Assembly (NCBI RefSeq): GCF_001194135.2 | Contig: NC_069001.1 | Coordinates: forward strand, 39,728,541 to 39,792,540 | Source: Octopus bimaculoides | Taxonomy: Eukaryota | DNA: 64,000 bases | Reading direction: 5' to 3' | In this document: positions 53,830 to 64,000 of the stretch, piece by piece | Layout of the letters: the number at the start of each line of letters is the position of its first letter | Position numbering within the stretch: the stretch's first letter is position 1 | Translations under genes and position numbers: made by a program | Notes under the pieces: model-generated | Database searches by the model: none | What the model saw: only the letters and a program-made list of their open reading frames with translations | Told to the model about the DNA's origin: nothing

Positions 53830-54780
53830 CTAATACTGCCTCTGAGATACTGGAGGGCTTTGTTTCTTAATTTCCAAGTTTGGTGTTTTCCTCATGCTAA
53901 TCATGAAATGGCTTATTGTTGAAGACATTAGCACAACATACAATATTTCCTCTAAACATCCCTCTTTTATGAGGATAAACTCTATATTTTGGTAGTACAT
54001 GTCAGCTCCTTTCATTTTATGTTTGTCTGCACTATATTTTACATTAACAGTGTTACTGGTGCTGCTGTTGATTTTGTTAAATAATTTACAGAATTTAAGG
54101 CTGTTCATGAAATGTTTTGTAATACCAGTTTTTACAGCATTATTGTATGGTGGGTTGTTCCATATAACATTTCTCTTCTTGATGTTTTTATGGTTTGGTG
54201 AGTGCAACTGCAAGTGTTTGTTTCTTCTTGACATCAGCAACCTAGTAGTGCCTCCCTATCATACACTAAACCTTTGTTGAAGCTGAATTTATTAAAGTCC
54301 AATGCGTTTATCCTCTTGCAGATGTTTAGTGATAAATGCTTGATGACATTTAGATTGAATGTGGCTGTACAATAGGGGGCTATTTGATTTCTTGAAGGGT
54401 CACATAAATGCAGCACCCTCATTTTCCTTCAAAGTCACTTGCCTCTGACAGAGCATATGTGCAATGAACACTTTTTCCGTATTCTGTCATTGCAACTGCC
54501 TCCACATAAACCGATCTTCCCTGAAACCCATGCACAGACAATTAACTACTTGCTGAGAGAGATCAGTGGCTACATTTCACAACAAGAAACCCAATATTGG
54601 TGTTAACCCTCTGGACATTATTTCATTAGGTTCGGTTCTGATCTTGCAGAAGCCTCAGCTTTATCTCTTGGCACTTGGCTTCCTTTGATGTGATCCACTC
54701 CATTGTAAGCATTTTGTGTAAAGATAACTTCTTCCCCAAACTGCCTTGAAGAACAGTCATGACCTCTGGTTGCTCACCTA
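53830..54780 (-). mobile_element. Decayed Penelope-like element (RT thumb to GIY-YIG linker)
   Basis: KRNVIWNNPPYNNAVKTGITKHF resembles the PLE motif RKIIWFNPP(Y/F)S.NV.TNIGK.F. The upstream segment NVIKHLSLNICKRINALDFNKFSFNKG resembles the PLE RT C-terminus. Multiple stops; boundaries approximate. Confidence 0.7.
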
Positions 54781-55606
54781 AACAAAACAGATTCTCATCT
54801 CTAACTGCTTCTGCTTCCCAGAACTAGCTAGACGTGTATTAATCCCTTCCAGGCTGACTTAGATGTCTCTCCCCATGTTGCAATCCTTTCCTTTATTGAA
54901 CAGCCATATAATTATATGGCTTCAATCACAATTTTCTTACAGACATCAGTTTGGTGGACTATTATCAACCACTTCATTATTACCAGTTTTTGTAGTTCTT
55001 GTGTTTTGTAGTCACAGTTTAAGGCCATGCCTGAGCATGTTCTATAAATATTTATATCTATAAATATATTCTAGTCTACAGAATAGCATTGACTTTTACA
55101 GGGTTTTTTTCTTCCTTTTTCTTGTGTGAATGATCTCTGATGCATGGTTGGGAACCCAATTTGGTTTTTTATTGCTTTTTTTAATGTTTAATATAACTGA
55201 TGAGTGAACTAAGCTGCTTGATCTTAATTTTGTAAAGGATTAGCATATTGAGAAAAAATAGACAGGAAAGATCTTGTGTGTGTGTGTTTGTGTGTCTGTG
55301 TGTGTGCTTGTGTGTGTGTGTGTGTGTGTGAATTTAACTGCTTGATTATTCTCCAATAGATTACAACTTTAACTTTCACCTTTTCTGGAACTTCATATAA
55401 TGAACCAATTCCACAACTTCCTATATTCCTTTACATTTCATTTTAGGATCTAACATGAAGTAGTGGCTTTAAATCATTACCTGCAAAAGCAGGAATTAGT
55501 AAAAATGTTAGTTCCATTTGAAGGATACCTACTAAATATATACGGGATGTGTGTGTTTATACATAAATGTATGTATATGTACATATTTATATGTCTGTGT
55601 CAATGT

Positions 55607-55667
<61 letters not shown>

Positions 55668-56634
55668 CACACACATATAAGTATATGTAAGTATAAATGT
55701 TAGGTTTATGAGTGTGATCATAATCCAAAACCATTGAAAGTGCTTTGTTCTGGCTCAGAACAGATATGGGTTTAGGGTCAGTCTGAAGGTAACACTCTTC
55801 TTCTCAGTCTTGATCTGTGTTCATATACACGTATATAAACATATGTCTTTCTGTATATTTATGTTTAGATAGATTGATAGACAGACAGATAAATGTATAC
55901 ATATAACGTATGTATTTAGATATATATCGGTATAAATATCTAGTTATATTTGTGAATATATTATATTGTTTATATGTATATCTACTTGTATGTGTATATT
56001 TTAGGTATAAATATATACATACATACATATATATATATAAAATTATTTTTATATTATTACAATATTATAGTGTCATAACAACTAATTAATGTGTCTGATT
56101 GGATTCATGCCAATAACCTTCTAGAATTGGAGAGGTAAATAAATAACCATCATATATGGTTGAGTGGAAAAGTTTGGTTTGGTCTCTCTGCTGTTGGTGG
56201 CCTGAAAAAGTCTTCTGTTTTATGGGTCTCAGAGTGGTTGTAGAAATCCAGAATAACATTGATAGATAAAAGAATGCAGCCAAAAGAACTGGTTAATAGA
56301 ACCAAACAAATGAGGTTGTCTCTTAAGGCTGACAGATTTGTGTTTTGGATTTGTCCCGTTGAGCCAATAACCTGAAGTTCACCATTCATCTGACAAAAGT
56401 CCACTCTACTTTTAGGTGATGTGGGGGTAAAGAGACAGGTGTAGGGAAAGATGCAGAATGGAGAGAGATGGAGGGAGTCTTTTTTTTTTCTGAAGATGTG
56501 GACATGTATTTGCATTAATGTGTGTAAGTGTGTATATATGTGTTGTGTGTGTGGTGGGGAGAATGTTAACTTCTCATTTATGGCAAGGGAAAAGCCAGCT
56601 GTTATACTTTTTGGGGTCTGTCTGACCAGCTGGT

Positions 56635-57230
56635 TAATATGAACTTGAGTTCATGAGGGCAGGAAGAAATAACTCCACTTTTAAAGCTCAGTAGGCCCTT
56701 GGGTAGAGAGTGTTCTTTAATATGATCTTTTGGTTTCTGTTAACAGTCAGCACATCTTACTGCTGCTGAAGTAAGGTTTGTGCATGTGCAGTCTTCACCT
56801 GATGTTATATTGTGCAGTATTTTCTGCCTATATTTCCATTCATGTCATGATATTGCATCTCTCTTGAATATGACACAAAGATTTGTGGGTGTCTAACTTG
56901 GACTTGAAGGAGCCTTCCATGGCACCTGTGTATTTTTGTACATTTGTCACTCTGTTGGGATTCTTTGAGACTGTTTCTGCTTCACATGTGATGGTTTCTG
57001 TGTTACATTAACCATTTAGTGGGCTTGTGGTGTTACATCTGAACGAACAGTTTATCTCTATGTTAGATTTGGGCTTATTTGCTAAAATTTTCTTTAAGCT
57101 AGGTGCACAGGTAAAAGAGATCCTCAAAGTATCTTATTGAAATTTTTCCTGTATGTATTTGTTGTGGAAAATACTTATCTGATAATCCAAGGAAGATCCT
57201 ATCTACATCTTTTAACATTCAGGCAAAATG
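56635..57230 (-). mobile_element. Decayed Penelope-like element GIY-YIG endonuclease fragment
   Basis: Minus strand reads TLRISFTCAPSLKKIL..SPLNG*C..KYTGAMEGSFKSKLDTHKS..SKMC*LLTETK, matching the PLE pattern VKVSYSCMPN..CPLNG.CL..YIG.TE..FK.R...HK..KRC.LCL.EK. Boundaries approximate. Confidence 0.7.
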
Positions 57231-57953
57231 GGGATATAAACCAGATAGCCTTATGGTGGCAGTTTTTCATGTTGGGGTTTAGAGTTAGCTCTATTTATTT
57301 TATTTATCTTTTATTCTTATCATTAAACTAGTTAAATACATTCCTTATAAAATTTCTGCTCTTTCTTGGCCATTTTACAGTATTATTATGTAACACTGAA
57401 AGAAGTGTTTTAATTCAGTTCACTGTGCATTTTAATCACAAGTTATCTCTAAAATTGGTCGTTATAATGATTTAGATTAAATAATCTCTAATATAATAGA
57501 TTTACCCACTTTTGATGTATCATTACAAAACTTTACATCTTTTTATATTCTGTAAGCAGAGTAGTTTCAGGTTCAAATATTAGTTGAGTGGAACAATTTG
57601 TTTGTACTAATTAGCTATTAATTAGTTATTAATTCATGACACATGAAGTTAGTTATTTTATTCCTATTTTCATATTTTGACTGGAAATGATTCTATATCT
57701 ATTTTAGTGTGACTGTATGTATATATGTATGACCATATACATGAATATAATTATATATATCACTATGTAATTATATAAATGAATATGCGTGTGTGTGTGT
57801 ATATATGCATGTATAGTTATATCGTTATATGCACATGGTTACTGATATATATATATATGTGTGTACATATATATGTATATAATGTATATATATATATATA
57901 TATGTAATGTCTGTGTGTATATATATCTATATATACATATCTGTATGTGTATA

Positions 57954-58027
<74 letters not shown>

Positions 58028-58309
58028 CATATCTATAGGTGTATATATATATTATTATATATATATAAATATGTATATCCATATATATGTATAAGACCAA
58101 TCTTTAGATTATAAAGTTATATGTATATTTATATAAGTACCTTGTACATTTTTTTGTTTATGTGTATATGTGAATATATATATTATATATACATGCACAC
58201 ACAGTCCATGGCCTTTGGAGAGTAATCTACAGCTGTGATGTCGAAGAGCTTTTCGTTTCTTGTTGAAATTTTGAATGTATCTGATTTGTTCAACTTTTCT
58301 GATTTCAAG

Positions 58310-58453
58310 TTGTTCTGGGAGGATGATATTAAGGAGTATCGTGATGACGATGATTATAAAGAATATCACGATGACGAAGAGTATCACGAGGATTATAAAG
58401 ATTATCAGGAGTATCAAGAGGATTATAAAGATTATGATGAGGACTATAATCAG
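58310..58453 (+). CDS. Candidate 144-nt exon encoding an Asp/Glu/Tyr repeat, probably Cav2 C-terminal tail (LFWEDDIKEYRDDDDYKEYHDDEEYHEDYKDYQEYQEDYKDYDEDYNQ)
   Basis: CTTTTCTGATTTCAAG acceptor, CAG|GTATGA donor, 48 stop-free codons, phase 0-0, mixed GAT/GAC and GAA/GAG codons. Assignment to the channel is inference from strand, position and phase. Confidence 0.55.
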
Positions 58454-59211
58454 GTATGACTGAATACACTCCAATTACTCTGGCACACCTAAACTGCATC
58501 TGGAATTTAAGTTACACCAGTCTGCCTCCATCCTCTTCAACTCTATTATTATCCGAATTTATGCTGTCACAAGTTATCCATATTTATGCACCTACCTCAT
58601 TTTAAATTGCTTGTGACCCAAGTAGTTGAAAACACTTTTTCTTCAACCAATTTTTGTCACCAGTGTAAGTGCATTGAAAACGTAGTCCATTTTATCATAA
58701 ACCAGTCGAAAAATCTTTGTAGTCCTTGTCCTTTATTTCTCATTCATTGTAGGTTTGTTTTTGTTTGTTTTTTTTTGTTTTTTTCATCCATTTTGCAAGT
58801 ATTGCAGTGATTTGTGCTAGTTTCCAAAATATAGTTTTTGTCCCTTTTGCTGTAGCTCTTACAATCAATGAGGAATTTTATCTTATTTTTTCTTCTTTTA
58901 TTCTGCATGTTGTGGTGGAATTATTTTTCTATAGTTTTTATCATTTACTTATCTCTTCTAGCTAGACCAAATCAAGAAATATGTTCTAACCATATTGTTT
59001 TCGTAAAGTTTAGTTAAAGCTATCAACTTGTTAACATTTCAAATCTGGTTCTAAAAAGAAACTGATAATTAAAAACCCAACATGTTTTCATTAAACTTGT
59101 AATCTATTTTCTCTGTGTTTACAACCCTTTCTTATGTTGTGCACGGATCAACTATGCATGTTGCTTCATCATCATGGTAAGAAAAATCAACTCGTCATTC
59201 AAGTAAGCGAG

Positions 59212-59243
<32 letters not shown>

Positions 59244-59513
59244 CCCCCAGTGAATATTCTAATTAATAAATGCTCATTATGAGAACTCTTGATTACTTTT
59301 TGAATGTTTGAAGTCCATTTCCCTTTGAGCTTTTGTGCACATCGAACATTTTCTCAGCACATCAACTATTTTGGTCCGCCACTTCTACATTTGATTATAA
59401 TCACTTTTAATAATATTGCTTACAAAATATTTCTATATTTATAAAGTCACATCACTTATTCAACTCTTCACATATACTCCACATATATTTACACGCATGT
59501 GTAGCTGGCTGGG

Positions 59514-59565
<52 letters not shown>

Positions 59566-59708
59566 TATGCATACACACACATAGACATTTGTACACACAC
59601 ACACAAATATATACACACGTTCATCTACTTGTCTATAGTATAAGATATTTTTGTAATAAAATCAAATCACATCCTTATATCTGAATGTGTGTGTGTGTGT
59701 GAGTATGT

Positions 59709-59765
<57 letters not shown>

Positions 59766-60758
59766 CATATATATGAACACACACTCACACATAAATGCAT
59801 ATAGAGAGAAATATATAAATGCACACACGTTTAACCACTTGTTTGTAGGCACACACATGCCTATCAATTCCATCTTTGCAGAAAATTAAGAAGCATGACT
59901 CTGAAAGCACTTGACACAAATTTCCATTGATTTTATTTAATCTTCGCTTTTTAATTATCCATTCTATTTGTCTCTCATATATACATCAAAACTGCTGTTG
60001 ATTCTAAAATGATCTGATTTCTTCTTTCTTATGTCTTCTAGGGATATTTCAAATTCTTCATAAGCCACAGATTCTTTATGTCCAATAACATGTCTCATAA
60101 ACGTCACTGAAATTTGCCTTACAACACAAATTTTCCATTGGCCTTTACACATTTTTTAACAAACTTTTTATGCATTAAAAGCATGTTAATGCAGTAAAAC
60201 ATAAGGATTTAGCATGCTAAACTCTTCACACAAAAATTTCATTCTGGCATTTTTAGCTAAACACACACTTAAGATTTTATTCTAAATGCACTTTTCTTTT
60301 CAAAGAATTTTCTGCGACACTTTCTGCTTTTACATTCTTCCCATTGAGATTTCTTGTGTTTCTGAAATAAATTATAAATTCTTCACTTTATTTCTTCTCC
60401 AAATTATATAATAAACTTCTAAAACCTTTAATTAAACATTTCTTTCTTAAATACAAGGCCAAATGGAACATGTTCCAAACAATTTAGATCTTCAGTCATA
60501 GCAAAAATAATTCTACTAGTTAAGCTGCAGTCATCCTTATTTTTGAACTTCAAGCTTCAATTTTGTAATATTAAGAATTTCATATATTAAAAAGAATTGC
60601 TTCTTAATTTTTTATTTTAATTCGGCATTTTTCCCTTAGTTTCACATAGGATTTGTCTACTTTACATTCTAAATATATTTGTAGATCAATTTAATCACTG
60701 AGAAATTTTTTCTGATCTTTAGATTACGTGTCTAAGAATAAGTATTATAAATTTTGAC

Positions 60759-60790
<32 letters not shown>

Positions 60791-63700
60791 CATTATTATT
60801 ATTATTCTGCAATGATAATTGATAATTAATTATCCTTGCAGATTAACAGAAATGCCTTATTATATTTCTTTCGACTCTTTACATTTTGAGTTCAAATTCT
60901 GCCAATGTCAGTTTTGCCTTTCATCCATTCGAGAATAAAGGGAAGTACAAATCAAATTCTAGAATCGATTTGAGTAACCCCTAACTCCAGAATTGTTGGT
61001 CCTGTGCCTAAAATTAGAAACTGTTATTACTACTACTGCTACTACTTATTGTTGTTTTTCATTTTCAACGGCAAGCCCAGTATAGTGGAGGTAAGCTCTT
61101 GGTCATCTGAATTTCTAATTACACCTTTTGAGCCATTTTTTCTTTACACTGAGCAATTTTATTTAAATTAAGATAACTTTTTGTGTTTTAAGAATAATTT
61201 AAAGTATTTTTAATAATTTAAATAACTTATTAATAAATGATAAAAAAGTAAGAATTTAACATAATGCAATAAATATCAAAATGTTTATATATATTTACAC
61301 TTAGAATATTTTATTTGTTGTTAAAATTCTTTTGCTTCAGAGAATTTAAAATAGCAAATATAAAGTAATCTGTTTTAATATAAGAGAGAGAAGAAATTAT
61401 GCCTTATTTGGAATTGTGATATAATGTTCTTTATCAAATTAATTTTCATAACTATTGTACTTATTTCAGTAGATAATACACTAAACATTAACTTTTATTT
61501 ATGACATGGAGTCAGCATCTAAACAATTTGTTCATTGAATATTTTCTACTTTCAAAGTTTATATTGTCTTAGTGATTCTGTCATCACTACTTTGGCATGC
61601 CTGGCAAAGTCTATGTTTTCCTAAGGAGTTCCAATAACATTGAAACATGTTTGGATTGTCTCCTATACTTACCAGTTCATTTCAAATGATAATAATCATT
61701 AACTATGGTGGTTCCTCACTGCACCATTATTTCTGGGCTTAATGCTTAATTAACACTTGACTGACCATATTTCTATTGAAATACAATCTCTAGATGTTTC
61801 TGTAATGTTGAAAAATAATCTAGAATTTGAATGGGTTTAAGAAAATAAACAACTTAATTGGCAGTGTTCCCTCCCCATCTCTAATTCTGCCTTTATCTTC
61901 CAATGGAGATAATTCTGATCTTATTGGATTTTCTACCATGGTTACTAAATTCCAGTGAATTTACATCCTGGTTGGGTAAAGGAAAAATCTCAGGTAGACT
62001 AACAGAAGTCAACTTTTATTCAAACTGAGTCCACAGATTCTGTATTATATTATTCTAAAAGACATTATTGCATACAGATATGGGTTAGTGACTATGTAGT
62101 TCACAATTACATACATCTGGGTTCAATTCCACTTTACAGTGGCCCCAGGTCAACCAAAGATTGTGAGTGAAATTTGGTTGATGGCAACTAGGCACAAGTT
62201 GTGTGTCAGTCATTGATGTAAACATTGGCAAAAGCTAGTGCTGTTTGGATGAAGTCCTTTCCAATATTTATTCTACACCAACTTATGTACATTCTCATTT
62301 ACTACTGCCTCTAAAAATACAGTGAACGAATGATTGAATCCATTGGAAACCTCTAATTAACAACCTGTAATTCTTTTACTAATTTAATATACAAAATAAA
62401 TAACAGGTGGGGTATTTAATTGTTTTAGGTATGTTAGAAAATTGCATTTGTTTTAAATTCAAGTTATATAATTTTATTATTCCACTTTACCGCAAAATAC
62501 ATTAAAACTCTCTCACTCTAAATATTTAGTTTGTAAAGTTTTCAATCATTGGAGTAATAATAATAGTAATAATGATTTTTTAAATAATATTCCTTGATAA
62601 TTTGTTCAATTAAAATTGAGATAGACTGTCATTTTATGTATCAATTATTTAGATCTTAGATTAATTGTAAAATTAAAAAAGGATTCAATCCAAGAACTCA
62701 TTTAGATTATGTAAAATGACAAAAATAAACAATAGAATTAGAGTGAAAAATATTTTGCCCATCTTCATCTAAAATCTATGCAAATGAAAATAAATTAGAA
62801 ATGATTTTAAAAATTATTTTTATACCAACTAATTATCTCTTCTAATTTCAGCTTTATTAATATCCATTTTTTTTAATTACATCATTTTCTGTTGAAATAT
62901 ATTTTGTTTATAATGAACTTAGATTCGTGTAAATTTCACTTCATAATAAACTTGTTGCTATTTTATTCCTCTATAGTGTAATGCCAGTCTTTTCCCATAT
63001 TAATTTAACTAATTAATTTTGTACATAATGAATGCACATTTTATTATTTCTATCATAATTACTATTTTGTTAATTATATAAATAGTTAGAATCTAGCCTG
63101 TTTTCCATAATGAATCATTTTAAAATAATCAAGACATAACCTTTAAACATTTTCCAAATAATTTTAGAATTTAAAAAAAGGATTTTGCTCATAGTTCAAA
63201 TGTTATTGACTTAAAAAGATACCTCAGAATAAAGATTTTTCATTAATTAATCTACAAGACAATGTGTTTAACATATAACCAATAAATTGGTGAGAAAATT
63301 TCTTGCAATTTATTAGATATGAATAATTAAAGAACAAAGAAAATTTTTAGAATTTAGCTTTGTAATTACTTAATAATCTTTGGCTCATTCTATTAAGTAT
63401 TTCAGCATGTACTATACTAATGTTTTCTGTGTAGCTGGTGTCCTCAAGTATTTTTCAGTACCTGTTAGAGTAGGCTGATGAGATTTAATAAAATTGAAAC
63501 ATGTCCTCTGTTAACAACAAACTGCCAAAAATCAGACTTCCTTCCTACTGCAATCATTTCTTTCTTCATCAAAATTAATCATCAACATAATGATTTTTCT
63601 CTTCATTAACAATTTAATTAATTAAAATTTGTCTCATTTTATAAACTAGGCTAGTAATTACTTTACAATTTATAACTATTTGATCTTTATAAACATTCTC

Positions 63701-63795
63701 AAAGTTTTCACTTTGATCATTTTTCCTTTAATTGAAATATTTAGGAAAAATTTCATTCAAAGGAAACTCTAATTCCACTGTTTATACTAGTTTAT

Positions 63796-63836
<41 letters not shown>

Positions 63837-64000
63837 ATATGAAGAATAAGATTTATTTATGTAACATGTTTTCAAAGAATTACTTTTGATATTAATTAAT
63901 CTTATTAGTAAATTGGCAGAATTAATAGAATGATGGACAGAATGTTTTGCTGTAATTATTTAGTTTCTAAGTTCAAACATCATCAAGTTAATTTTGTCCT

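Noticed and set aside
58109-58474. 121-aa Ile-rich minus-strand ORF resembling a membrane protein
   Set aside because: It is the antisense shadow of the GAT/TAT-rich Asp/Tyr block; splice sites support the + strand.
59182-59202. 21-nt phase-0 microexon (KNQLVIQ) with GTAAGC donor
   Set aside because: The acceptor is GGTAAG with no adjacent pyrimidine tract and overlaps another donor-like motif; too weak to call.
61600-62040. Possible BEL/Pao-like fragment (LSPLEDKGRIRDGEG on the minus strand)
   Set aside because: Only one short motif-like match, with no supporting domains.

Overview
This is AT-rich, microsatellite-dense animal genomic DNA with four N-gaps. The repeat families and gene structure point to a coleoid cephalopod, most likely Octopus (inference). 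The window is dominated by part of a + strand Cav2-type (cacophony / CACNA1A-B-E-like) voltage-gated calcium channel alpha-1 gene. I could chain its exons in frame by hand from the II-III linker (8270) through domains III and IV to the EF-hand/IQ region (47857). The IIIS4 exon is missing and probably lies in the N-gap at 18002-18354. Most notable: (1) two divergent copies of the IVS1-S2 loop/IVS2 exon (22512-22622, 26683-26817) that look like a mutually exclusive pair; (2) frame-preserving 27-nt and 15-nt microexon candidates; (3) a 144-nt candidate C-terminal exon encoding an Asp/Glu/Tyr repeat; (4) a CpG-rich, NRF1-type promoter-like island with an antisense ATG/donor inside a channel intron; (5) codons where A-to-I editing would restore Cav2 consensus residues; (6) several long intronic foldbacks. 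Introns also hold SINEs and decayed Penelope-like, R4/NeSL-like and Tc1/mariner fragments. Nearly all ORFs in the supplied track are artefacts of microsatellites or N-runs. All coordinates, translations and family comparisons were done by eye or from memory; no database search was run.
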